Shown piece by piece: positions 23,721 to 34,960 of a stretch of 64,000 nt of DNA; position 1 is the first letter of the stretch; every line of letters starts with the position of its first letter. Origin of the DNA: Tricharina praecox. Its lineage: Eukaryota. The notes beneath the pieces were generated by a model, which saw only the letters and a program-made list of their open reading frames with translations, was not told the origin of the DNA and ran no database searches. The position numbers and the translations under genes were made by a program. The stretch covers positions 124,001-188,000 of the forward strand of contig NW_026250440.1 of assembly GCF_024521635.1 (NCBI RefSeq), given 5' to 3'.

Positions 23721-24473
23721 ATGTCCGATCCCGACCGTGAAGCTTCGCGCGTCTGGCGCGCCTGGAGGACCATCCACGAGATGGTTGCCGACCGCGTACG
23801 CCACCTTCCCGCGCGCCGCTCAGCACGGTTCCCCCAGTCGTCCTATGCGCTGACACGCTATGCGTCAATCTAGGGCTACCAAATCTCTGAGGAGGAATAC
23901 AGTCTGCCATTGACGGACTTCCAAGGGCGGTACTGCGACTCCGAAGGTCGCCCGCAGCGCAAAGCACTCAGTTTCTCCGCGAACCCGTCCGACCGGATGA
24001 TGGAGGTGCACGCGGCGCTCAAGACGGGCGTGCCGCCGGACTGCGGGCCCATCTGGGTCGAGTTCCTCTCTGACCCGTCGATTGGTGTCAAGCAGGCGAA
24101 GGCGTTTGTTCACCGCGTCAAGGACGGAAACTACCACACCGGAATCATGGTCTGCATCAATGCCCCCACCGCTGCCTCGCTCAAGAGTTTTGCCGCCGTC
24201 GAGAAGGAGTGCACCGTCGAGATCTTCCTTGAGGAGAACTTGCTCGTCAACATCACCAAGCATGAGCTCGTGCCGAAACACGTGCTGCTCAGTAAGCCCG
24301 AGAAGAAGGCCCTGCTCCAAAGGTACAGGCTCAAGGAGAGCCAGCTGCCTAGGATCCAGAAGGATGATCCCGTCGCTAGGTATTTCGGACTGAAGAAGGG
24401 AAATGTCGTCAAGATCATCCGCCGGAGTGAGACCAGTGGACGGTACGCGAGTTATCGGCTTTGCTTGGGTTAG
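23721..24473 (+). CDS. RPB5: RNA polymerases I/II/III shared subunit RPB5 (intron 23796..23873)
   Basis: WRAWRTIHEMVADR|GY, then LLVNITKHELVPKH, QLPRIQKDDPVARYFG and RSETSGRYASYR. Confidence 0.97.
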
Positions 24474-24861
24474 AGGAATGGTGTGGGTGGGCAATGGGAG
24501 CATAGTAGTGTAATTAGAGAGGTGTTCGTCCCTGCTGGTGGTGGTGACCGGCGGTGGCGATTGTTGGCTTGTCTACGATTTGCAGAATTGGAGTTTGGAT
24601 GCTTTACGGCTGGCTGCTGATGTCACGGTTCCTTTTTTTTCTCGCATCTTATTCTTGACGAGGGATAATGGTGCAAGAGGAGGAAGACAATAGCATTTTC
24701 ATTTGTATTCAACTGCGAGCGAACAAGTAAAACACAATTGGATATATCCTTCTTAACGCCGGTCAAAAGTAGAGAAAAATATGGGATGTACACCACACAT
24801 CCACAGTTGGAGTCAACATACAAATCCCCACCACTAATTATCCATTGCGACCTTCATCCAC

Positions 24862-25942
24862 TTAGCCTCCCAGCTTGTGTCCCTGTCCGCGATGCGACCA
24901 GCCTGAGCTGCCCCCGAAGAAGCTGCTGCCAGTAGCCCCCGGCGCAGCCCCAACGCCCACCGATCCACCAGCAGCCGCAGCCCTGGGCGCAACCCTCGGC
25001 GCAACCCTCGGCGGCGGCGGTGCCGGCGTCGCCATAGCCCGTTCTGCCTTCTCGTACCATCCCTCGACCACATCGGCCGGGGCCTGAAGCCAGTTGCTTC
25101 CACCGCCGTGCTCCGGCCAGATCTCGGTAAGGAAGATGTAGGCATGGCTAGCGACGATTCCGGTCAGATCAAGGAACACATTTCCGCCTTGGACGAGCGT
25201 CATCAAGAGCATTATCCAGGGCAGGAACTTCACGGGGAACTGCGCGATGAAGAAGTTGACGCGCGTTCCTGGCGGTGAGAATGAGGACCAGTAGTAGGCT
25301 AGCGCTAGGATCAGTGGCGAGCAGAACGTCATCCCGTGCACGATGAAGGTGTTGAGGAGCTGTGGCAGCAGGTGTTAGCGGTAGATCCGAATGGAGTGTG
25401 GGGTAGCGTGCATACGAGGATGATGCTGCCCACGAACACGAGGAAAACCGTGAAGTCGCCTTTGCGAGAGAGCTTCATTCGCTCGCAGTCACTGGCATAT
25501 TTGAAGACTATCATCAAACTTATTAGCCCTCTACTGCCACCAGCAAACATCTGCGTCGAGGGGAAACGTACGGAAAAATGGATCCATCAACACACTCTGT
25601 CCGACGATCATAAATTAGCATTTCCCACTCCATCCCACGGCGTTGCGCAACAGAGATCCTCACCAGTCCTGGTCCAGTGAGCAGGAACGACGTGACCAAC
25701 CGCCACACTTGCAGACCGCTTATGCCATGCAAGCCCCTTATGCTAAAGACAACCTCAGGGATGTACACGAAGTGCATCGGGTCAAGTATCCGTAGGACGA
25801 GGGAGCTGAAGGATATGAGGACCGTTGCGCCGGCTAGAGTTCTATTATGATCTATTAGTTGGCGGAAGTTAAGGACAGGCTTGAGCAATAGTTGCCTCGC
25901 GACCGGCGGCGCGTCACGGATGAGTTGCCCGATATCGGCCAT
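24862..25942 (-). CDS. derlin (Der1/Dfm1-like ERAD rhomboid pseudoprotease); multi-exon
   Basis: PPVAR, QVWRLVTSF, FLPWIML, GIVASHAY.FL and a C-terminal SHP-like motif RGQGHKLGG. Confidence 0.88.
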
Positions 25943-26149
25943 TTTGTTTCAAATTCTCGTTGTCGCGATGGGAGGTGTGTGGTGTGTGGATATGATCGAA
26001 GTGTTCTTTATGAGTGAGGTGGCCACTGGGCAGATCAGGCTGGTTGCGTCAGAGGGGTGGCGTGCCAAGCCACACGCGGCGGCAGATGTCAATGCCGGAT
26101 TCGCGTCTCCTTCGCTTCGGGCCCTCGTCCTCGACACACACAAAACACG

Positions 26150-27130
26150 ATGTCGTCCTCCCTCGCTGAATACCTCGCAAAAAACTACCTCACCGCCGAC
26201 CCACCGAAGAAGAAGGGCGGCCTCAAAAAGCGCAAACGAAAGGAAAAAGATGCCGCCACCACGTCCTCGAGCTCCGGGCTGATCATCGCCGACGACGATG
26301 CAGCAGGCTGGGAAAATACCGCCGCCAACTCGGACGACGACGACGGACCGACCATCAGCGGCATGACCAAGTCCTTCAAGAAATCTACCACATCGAACTG
26401 GAAAACTATCGGGGGAGCATCGGAGGCGGCGGAAACCGCAGCGGCCGACGCGATCCTCGCTGCCAACACCGACGGGAGAACGGAGGATGATGCGCCGACT
26501 GTGGCCGATGATTCCCTAGCCGTGAAGATGAGCTCTGGTGCGCATGCCGGACTACAGACTGCTGCACAGATCGCTGTGCAGATGGCCAGAGCGAAAGAGG
26601 AGGAACGGAGACGGTTCGAGGCTACGGATCCGGCGGAGAGTGGGAAGGGGCAGGAAACCATTTATCGTGATGCTTCCGGACGGATCATCAACATTGCGAT
26701 GCAGCGTGCTGAGGCGAGGAAGAAGATCCGCGAGGAGGAGGAAAAGAAGGAAAGAGAGAAGGAGATGGTGAAGGGCGATGTGCAGAAGTTGCAATCGGAG
26801 GAGCGGGCGAAGCGGTTGGAGGACGCAAAGTACATGACGTTGGCGAGGTACGCAGATGATACGGAGTTGAATGATGAGCTGAAAGACCGCGAGCGGTGGG
26901 CCGACCCTGCGGCTGCCTTTCTAACCAAGAAGAAGGGCGGAGGCACGAGCAAGACGGGGAAGCCGTTGTTTGCAGGAGCGGCGCAACCAAATAGGTTCAG
27001 CATCAGGCCTGGCCACAGGTGGGATGGTGTGGATAGGGCAAACGGGTTTGAGGCGAAGTGGTTCCAGGCACAGAACAGGAAGAACGAGAAGAGCCGGCGG
27101 GCTTATGAGACTCAGATGGACCTTGATTAG
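26150..27130 (+). CDS. BUD13: pre-mRNA splicing factor Cwc26/Bud13 (RES complex)
   Basis: SLAEYLAKNYL, ETIYRDASGR, RERWADPAA and NRFSIRPGHRWDGVDRANGFE. Confidence 0.95.
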   Translation: MSSSLAEYLAKNYLTADPPKKKGGLKKRKRKEKDAATTSSSSGLIIADDDAAGWENTAANSDDDDGPTISGMTKSFKKSTTSNWKTIGGASEAAETAAADAILAANTDGRTEDDAPTVADDSLAVKMSSGAHAGLQTAAQIAVQMARAKEEERRRFEATDPAESGKGQETIYRDASGRIINIAMQRAEARKKIREEEEKKEREKEMVKGDVQKLQSEERAKRLEDAKYMTLARYADDTELNDELKDRERWADPAAAFLTKKKGGGTSKTGKPLFAGAAQPNRFSIRPGHRWDGVDRANGFEAKWFQAQNRKNEKSRRAYETQMDLD

Positions 27131-27487
27131 ATCAGAAGTTGGATGTTTGGGCACGGAGTTTTTCTGCATAATGGCGTTTATCATTTTGAGTGTTAGTACG
27201 TAGCATGTCAGATAATACTTGCTGTAGTTTTTTTTGGGTTGTGGCTACCAACTACAAGACCTACGGCTCCGATCCGCCCTCATAACGCCATCACGCTGAG
27301 TGACTTGTCAAAAGATAAACGGTCATCTTCTACAGTTCTCACTGACTGCCTCGCATGAAATTTGAGCTCGCCGTGGCATCACGATAATGATCCAAACTGA
27401 ATATTCACAGCACCACCTTACAAAAGCTATATATAAACAAACACCACGTCTTCTCGCTTAGAGTCACAACAGAGAAGGACAAAGCTT

Positions 27488-27556
27488 CGCATGAACCGGA
27501 TGCAACGCGACACCATCGGCACAGTAGGAGCTGACACGCGCAAGCACAGCGTCAGG
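27488..27556 (-). pseudogene. degenerate fragment of the U2 3' domain (stems III/IV)
   Basis: CACAGTAGGAGCTGACACGCGCAAGCACAGCG resembles CACAGTGGGAGTCGACATGCGCAAGCACAGCG of the minus-strand U2 copies. Confidence 0.6.
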
Positions 27557-27850
27557 TATATATCAGCGAGAATCATGGCTCCAACACCTCCCATGAGAAG
27601 TAGAGTACTGGTATGGACGATGGATAAGAGGTTTGTTCATAGCATAGACAGAGGAATAAGCGGACCACACTACCAGTCGAAGCAGCGCATGAAGCGTCAA
27701 TTTCTCCCGACAAAGCTGAGAATCCCCACGGTCGGCATGCCTATGAACGTTGACGAAGAGCATTTTGCGCCACTCCGTCGTGACAAACTAACACAATCTT
27801 TCCTCATCCTCTCGCATAGCAGCCAGAGCGACAATGAAAGACAAATTTGT

Positions 27851-28102
27851 GTTCGCATCAACCGGAGGCAGTGTAATACCGGTGACACAGTGGGAGTCGA
27901 CATGCGCAAGCACAGCGGCCAGCTCCCGGACTTCAAAAATAAGATTAATATTAGAACCGATATATTATCGGATTTCAGATATTAAACTGAAAAGAACAGA
28001 TACTACACTTGATCTAAGCCAAAAGGCTGTAGAGGGAAAATTATTAGTTGATATTCGGGAATGTTGACAGTTAGGGGTAGGGAAGACGTACCAAAGAGAG
28101 CT
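27851..28102 (-). ncRNA. U2: U2 snRNA gene, copy 4, with spliceosomal intron 28027..28091
   Basis: Reverse strand reads AGCTCTCTTTG|GTACGT...ACTAAT...CTACAG|CCTTTTGGCTTAGATCAAGTGTAGTA. Sm site present. Confidence 0.92.
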
Positions 28103-29465
28103 AAAGAGAAAAGAAGAGTAGGGAGGGAAGCGGGCATTATATAGGTTGTGGAAGCGCGCTAGTGTGAGCCCGTCACCGCTCTTAGGGCTTAGGGCTAAGG
28201 GTTTGTTTCTGGCAAAGCAGCAGTAGCGTGCGGTAGGACCCATCAGTTACCATCTTCTCGGACATGCCCTAGCTCTTGCGGATATGCACTGGCCTTCCCC
28301 TCCGGATTTATCGTTCTATATCCGAGACTCTTCGATCATGGCAGTATCTAGTGTATTCAAATCCCGTGTCCTAAGTCCTAGTCATCGTCTTGAAGTTGGC
28401 TGCAATTCAGCTGCTCTCGATATTCTGCGAGTGCTGGCGGCCGCTATGGCAATGAGCTCCATTAGAGTATTTGCTCCGAACCCATTCGCCGATAGCCAAA
28501 GACACTTTCCCCGGACTTCCCAAAAGCGACCGTAAGGGATTTGGATTATGCGAAAGCCTAATGTCATGAGGGACACCCGTGATCCACGTGGTATGTATCC
28601 CTTCCAGGCCCTTCCAGGCACGCCGAAAACGTGAGATCCCATCTGCCGATAATACATATGAACATACGTGATAAAGAACCATGAATCGATCTCCAACTTT
28701 CTACAAACCTCCGAGTGATAATACATATGGCCACCATCAAAGGCTACAAAGCTCACCACAAGCTCGGCTCATGCTTGATCATCTTCGGTTGCTCCTTACG
28801 CTACTCCTGGCATCGCAACATGGCCAACGTTAAGTTCTCCAGCTGGCCGGCAGTGAGCTTGTGAATCGGACGAACGTAGGTATTTTAACAACAGGCGTAC
28901 AGAGCAGCACTCTTCGTGAAGAATGCAAGAGAGAGAATATCGAGTTATTGTCACATAGGGCCTGTCCAGACTATGGCGGCCACATTGGGCAGAATGCATA
29001 TTTTGATCTTGCTCGTCTTGGTGCATCCACGAGTGATAAGTAGTGCTTTCCACACGCGTCTGGCATTTCGCGCTAACCTTTGTCCGCGTCTTCCAGGGAT
29101 CAGCTCTCCATTCTGTTGATTCCCCACCATCACCATCGTCATCGCCATCCACCACCGCACGCCGCCACATCCGGCGACGAACATCGCCGAGCTAGAATGC
29201 TCACGACCGCCGGGCGGACAGCATGTCCTTCCTGGACCCGTCTAATGCGAGAACTCGAGGGTAAGAGCGTCAAACTCCGGCCTCCACTGCTCCACGAGCT
29301 GGAGCGCTGCAGAGCCGACGACCTTGACCCTACTCTCCGGATGCGTCACTACACCGTACTCCCACATCCCCTCTTCTCTCCCCAGCGCACCAAGCGCATC
29401 TAATCGTGCCCTGGTCACTACAGATCCTCGGAGTGCAGTCCACGTACCCATACCACCTCATTACC

Positions 29466-30614
29466 ATGCGCAAACGTTCGTTCGCAGATGCCCTCGCTTC
29501 TGACCAGGCCCCTCCTGCTGGGATAACGTACTGGGCGTTCGATCGAGAGGAAAAGAGTTTGAAGATTTCGCATTCGACTAACCACACGGCACCCGCGGAT
29601 GTGTTCAATCTACATGTGGTATACACGGCATGGAAGGTGTCGACCGGCCAGCCAATTCAAGTTCTCCTGTGGATGCTGCCACGGTGGTCGTACCGGATCC
29701 CCAGCGACTTTCCCTCCGAATCGGCGACCACGCTCGAGTTCCGCTGCGGGCCGCAGAGCGTGCAGCTGGAGCCGCTGCTCCCGCTCGGTGGTGGGGTCCA
29801 CGTCTGCTTCGGCGATGTCACCGACACGGACGGCTCGACGATCAAGATCCTGCACGAAGGGAAACTGTACCTCTACGAGCCGGCGGCCGGCGTGCTCCCC
29901 GCAATCCCGAACACTGCCGCCTGGACCACGCTCCAGCTCGGCCATGACATGACGGTCTTCCACGACCACACCGACGAGTCGTCGGCGCCGATCTCCAGTC
30001 CGCGAGTGCGCACGCTGTCGCTCGCCGCGCTGGCCACACAGTTCCTAAGCTCGTGTTCCAAGGTGCCGCAACTAGCTAACCGCACGCCGGACTTCACGCA
30101 CATCCTGAACACGCTCCTGCCGACTAAACGGGTGCGCAGGACCAAGCCGGGCGCTATATCGGCGCACTCCAAGACCGTCGTCGCGTTCGGCGGCGCCGAG
30201 CGGATCACGGGGATGTTTCACCTGCTGGTGTTCTCGCTGTCGCTGCCGTCGCCGGAGAGCCACCCGCGCGTCAAAGTGATCGCTGCCAAAGCCTTCCAAA
30301 TGCGCCCCATGGAGGGAAAGGACTCTAGCTACTTCTCGCACGAGGCCGCAACAGCTACGTTCGAGATGGCCCTCCAGAAATGCGGCATCAAGAGCAGCTC
30401 CTCTGGCACTCGTAAACATGACTGCGAGAGGGAGTGTGTCGGCACTGAAGAGGTCAACGTCAGGAAGATGTTCGAGTTTGGCGCGCAAGGGTTAAATGAG
30501 ATTGCCTGCCCAGAACTGGGCATCGTGTTGGTCGGCTGGGCGAAGCAGGATGAGCTTGAGCAAAACGGAGAAAACGACGATGAGATCGCGAATGAGACTG
30601 CTACGGACGATTGA
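29466..30614 (+). CDS. hypothetical protein
   Basis: Long open frame (~382 aa from ATG 29466) with GC-rich coding-like codon usage; no family recognised. Confidence 0.5.
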   Translation: MRKRSFADALASDQAPPAGITYWAFDREEKSLKISHSTNHTAPADVFNLHVVYTAWKVSTGQPIQVLLWMLPRWSYRIPSDFPSESATTLEFRCGPQSVQLEPLLPLGGGVHVCFGDVTDTDGSTIKILHEGKLYLYEPAAGVLPAIPNTAAWTTLQLGHDMTVFHDHTDESSAPISSPRVRTLSLAALATQFLSSCSKVPQLANRTPDFTHILNTLLPTKRVRRTKPGAISAHSKTVVAFGGAERITGMFHLLVFSLSLPSPESHPRVKVIAAKAFQMRPMEGKDSSYFSHEAATATFEMALQKCGIKSSSSGTRKHDCERECVGTEEVNVRKMFEFGAQGLNEIACPELGIVLVGWAKQDELEQNGENDDEIANETATDD

Positions 30615-33037
30615 TTCGCTGTTCCTGCTCGCTGTAGAGACTCCGGCGTGATCCGTGTACGGGCGACCAGGCCGCTGTTCTCGTGCCGTGCTCGTGCATT
30701 CAGGTACGAAGGAAGATGCACTGTTAGTGTCGCCGAAGCTCCGGACATTCGCGGCTCTGTCTTCGGTGCCGTAGTCGTAGTTGTAGCCTCCAGTCCAATC
30801 CATAGACTAGATAGTTTCCATCTCTCTCGCACAGGCACCATCCATCCACAGCACTCAACTCTTACCCCCCCCCCCCATCCCCCCCCCATCCCCAGTCCCA
30901 GTCCATGAAACTGCCCCATTACCACCCCATTACCGGCTCATCTACTCATTGCGTTTGGTTATCGAATCGGTAGATGCTCTATCAACAGAGCCACCCCACC
31001 ATCCGGATTCCCAACGCTTCCCGACGCTCGCCTGGCCCGGCCTCGTCTCCGCTCCGCTCCTAGCGCCATTAGCCTTATCTGTCTGGACTCTGCGCACGCG
31101 ACCGATGGGCTGGTTGGGCTGGTTTGCATGGTTGACATGGTACCTATATCCGGAGGAGCCGTCGCCCGTCGTGCCTGGTCTCTGGTCTCTGGTCTCGAAG
31201 CACATGCTGCCCCACTCCCCTCCCGCCCCCCCAGCACGATACATGGTGCCTCGGAGCACTTGGGTAGATAATGGGTGCGTGGAAAGGCGGCTCTGAGATA
31301 CAGCCAAGTACCGGGCGTACACTTACAGGACATAGGCGGGCTCCGTCCCCGGTCGCCTCTAGCAGCTCGAGCTGAAAGCAACCCACCCAACCACATATCT
31401 ACCCCGCCTACAAGCACAGGCACTTGTCTCTAGTCTAGCTCTGTGTAGCTCCCCCTTCACCCCCCGGCATCAGCCAATCGAAACATCGCTCAGCGACCAG
31501 CCTCGGCCCTGCATAACTACTCCTAAAAAAACCAACACCGCCAATGGAATGTCAGCTGCTCCGGAAATAGGATATACTCTCCACCTATGATGTCGTGGTT
31601 ATTGTTGTTTCTTTTTGTTGTTGCGTGGGAGCGCGTAGAGTATGATAGGAAGCCGGATCTAGTCGGGTTGGGCGATGAGAGGGGGAAGGAGGGGCGATGA
31701 GAGGGGGGGGGCGAGGGGCAGAGGGAGGGGCAGCGTATAGAACATCTAGTATAGGTAGGTGGTATGTACGAGTGTGTATGTAGAAGCACAGCTGGTATGT
31801 GTGTATGTAACTTGTCAGCATGGGTCGCGGCATCGAATGGGTCGCTTCATCGAATCGACGGGTAGCATCCACTACATCCATTGCACCCATTGCATCCATC
31901 CAGTTGAGGCGCTTTGCTTTTGCCTTTGCTTTTTCTTTTTCGACCAGGTCGACCGACCGGCCGACAAACGGAACGGAGCCGATCTTCGCAGGGGACACAG
32001 ACAGGTGGAGATTGGGGACGGGCGGAACGACGTCGCCGGGCGGGGATGGGTGTGGATCTGGGTAGAATACAGAGCAAGTCTCGAAACAGCGGGCCCGACG
32101 CGAGCTCGCGCGACCAGCTCCAGTGCTCCACCAGCTCCACCCGCGACGTCGTGGTAGTTGTCCAGTTGTTGGTTTCGTTCTGCCCGTCTAGCTGTGGGAA
32201 ACCCACAGCGGAACCGAAGCGGCCGCTCTGTATGTAGTGCAGGCTGAATCTCCCCCTGCCAGGTGACTTTTTTCGTTTCGTACGGTACTCTACTCTACGT
32301 CAGCGTGCCTTGCCCCCCTCGCCAGGGGGAGGGGAGGGGGGAGGGGGGAGGGGGTTTCGTATGACGCAATTGACCAGGTGTTGGGCCAACGGAGGGGAAT
32401 ATTCCGTCTGGTCCAGTGGTTACTGGTGGGGATTGGAGTGTGGATTGTCGCTGGTTGCAGCTTTGCAGCTTTACGGCAGCAGCTGTGCAGAGTGCGTGGA
32501 TGTAAGGGAGATCGCCACATATGGTGATACAATACACGAGAGAGTCTCAGTGTCGGTCTCAGTCTCAGGCCCAGTTGATATTCGACAGCAGCGTGGCAGG
32601 CAGTCCGCAATCCGCCCCGGCCCTAACCAAACTAGAGTGGATGCCTCCTCCCCCAAGCTCATCCCAACCAAAACGCCCTGTCTGACCGTCTGACGGACGA
32701 TGGCCGGACCAGGCGCGTATGTACTCGACATGCTAGGTAGAGTACTAGATATAATTTATACCCTGCCCTGTCGCCCACCTCATCGCATACCTACTACCTA
32801 GATGGTTATTTCTCTACCCCGTTGCATTGCCTACTTTTACCTGCCCTGACTGCCCGTGCTTCTTTTTTTTTACGACGACGGCGACAGAGATTCCATGTTC
32901 CCACGGCTTGCGTTCTCGATGCTGAGTTACTTCAATAATTGTACGGAGACGGGTGCGGGTGCGGCGACAGGTGGGGGCGCGGCGGGTGCGGTGACGGGTG
33001 CGAGTGAGGTACGGTGTTCTGTTTGTTTCGCAGGTGC

Positions 33038-34147
33038 ATGGGCAAAGAGCTGACCGTTGCACCACAGGAGGAAACGTATCGCCAGATATTCCGGGCGTCC
33101 TTCCTGGAGTCGACAGCAGTTACCAAACACCCCACTCCCAGCGGGGCCGCAGTGCCAGTGCTAGTCCCTATGGTAGTGGCGGCGATAGTACGCAGCGACC
33201 GTCCTCAGCGTTCCTCATCACGGCCCAAGCCCAAGCCTTTGTCCACCTACCCCGCCCCCCCACAGCGCAGCTTCGACCTCGGCGCCGTAACGCCCGAGAT
33301 CCTCCTGCAGATCGCGGACCACCTGGCGGCATCGGACATCCTCCGCCTTCTTTTGACCTGCCGCGACATCCACACGCTCCTAACCCCGCACCTCCTGCGC
33401 CTAGCCCTCACCACGCGGCTCCCGCACACAGGCAACACAATCCTGCACTGGGCCTGCACGCACGGGCACCTAACCTTGGCGCGCACACTCCTTTCCCGCG
33501 GGCTCCCGTCGTCCGTCCGCAACGCCGCCGGCTGGACACCTCTGCACCTATCACTCCGCCACCGCCACCCACTGATCACATCGCTGCTCCTGTCCTCCGG
33601 CGCCTCCGTCACCGCGACCTGCAGCGGCAACGCGGACGACGCGGGCGCGACCCCGCTGCACCTAGCGGCGGACGGCGCGGCCGCACTACAGCTGCTTACG
33701 CACGGCGCCTGCGTCTCCGCGCGCACCAAGGTGGGGCTGACGCCGCTGCACCGCGCGTGTCGTCGTGGCGCCGGGGATGTTGTCGATGTGCTCCTCGCGC
33801 ATGGCGCCAGAGAGGGCGCGAGAGGGAGGGATGGCTTTGGACAGTCGCCGCTGGAGTATGCCATCGCTTCTGGCAGGGTGGAATTAGTGAGGAGGTTGAT
33901 AAACGAGGGGCTGCATTTGAGGGGACAAGGGGGGATGGGGGAGGCGGGGGAGGTGGAGATGGGCGATTCGCCGGTTAGGTTTGCGGTCAAAGTGGGCGAG
34001 AGGGGGATCGCGAGGTGTTTACTCGAGCATGGCGCGCAGGTGAATTGGCGTGAGGGGGGGAGAGGGGAAGGGGAAGGGGACGGGGGGCAGTGGGGGGAGT
34101 GGGGCGGGGAGTGGGAGGGGTGGGGGGATTGTGTTGAGTTGTTGTGA
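33038..34147 (+). CDS. F-box-like plus ankyrin-repeat protein (start uncertain)
   Basis: F-box-like segment PEILLQIADHLAASDILRLLLTCR, then ankyrin motifs GNTILHWAC, GWTPLHLS, GATPLHLAA, GLTPLHRAC and GQSPLEYA. Confidence 0.85.
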   Translation: MGKELTVAPQEETYRQIFRASFLESTAVTKHPTPSGAAVPVLVPMVVAAIVRSDRPQRSSSRPKPKPLSTYPAPPQRSFDLGAVTPEILLQIADHLAASDILRLLLTCRDIHTLLTPHLLRLALTTRLPHTGNTILHWACTHGHLTLARTLLSRGLPSSVRNAAGWTPLHLSLRHRHPLITSLLLSSGASVTATCSGNADDAGATPLHLAADGAAALQLLTHGACVSARTKVGLTPLHRACRRGAGDVVDVLLAHGAREGARGRDGFGQSPLEYAIASGRVELVRRLINEGLHLRGQGGMGEAGEVEMGDSPVRFAVKVGERGIARCLLEHGAQVNWREGGRGEGEGDGGQWGEWGGEWEGWGDCVELL

Positions 34148-34608
34148 GCGTGAGTGACTCGAGAGGATGTGATGTGATGTGATGTGGGTGGTAAGGTGTT
34201 CGGATTGGGTTGGGTCTAGGAGTAATAGGCGTTCGGCGCAATATGTATGACTTGTGCTTGTGCTTGTGGGGGTTTCACGATGGGGATAATGATTCGCGGT
34301 GCTGCTTGCTTTTTTTTTGTGGGGGGAAGGGGGGTATGGATGCTCACTGATGGATGGTTTCGTGGTTTCAAATTCACAAATTCACAAATAATGCTCTTTC
34401 CTGCTCCTCCTCTATTGTTCTGCCGCTGTTGTAAATGCCTGGAACTGTTTGGATGGAATCTATAGGAATGAAGTCTTAGGCCGGGGTCGGTTCTTGCAAT
34501 GGTCCTTCCACCTCTAACTTGCTATTGTGTCTCGATTTTATTTCCTGACAGTTATAATCTACAAATGGCGCACGACAGAGTCCGAGTGATGTTCATGCGA
34601 AACCAAGG

Positions 34609-34960
34609 GTTGCTGTTACTAATACCGAGTGAGCGGAAGTGAGAGTGAATGGCAACTCAGAGACATTTGGTGAGTGAGTGTGACAGTACACACGGCGTCA
34701 TTGTTACTAATACAGAATGACCGGAAGTGAGAGTGAATGGCAACTCAGAGACGTTTTGCAAGTGAGCGCGAGAGCATACACAGCGTTGCTGTTACCAATA
34801 CCTTGTGACCGGAGGTGAGAGTCAAAGGCAACTTAGAGACGTTTGGCAAGTCAGTTTGACAGTACACACAGCGTTGCTGTTACCATTGACCAATACCGAG
34901 TGACTGGAGGTCCGGAGATGAGAGTGGATGGCAACTCGGAGACGTTTAGCAAGTGAGTAC
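34609..34960. repeat. minisatellite, four units with an 88-bp period
   Basis: Units start at 34609, 34697, 34785 and 34873; core GAGAGTGAATGGCAACTCAGAGAC. Confidence 0.9.

Noticed and set aside
34609..34960. CRISPR-like regular array
   Set aside because: Eukaryotic context, and whole units are homologous with no unique spacers.
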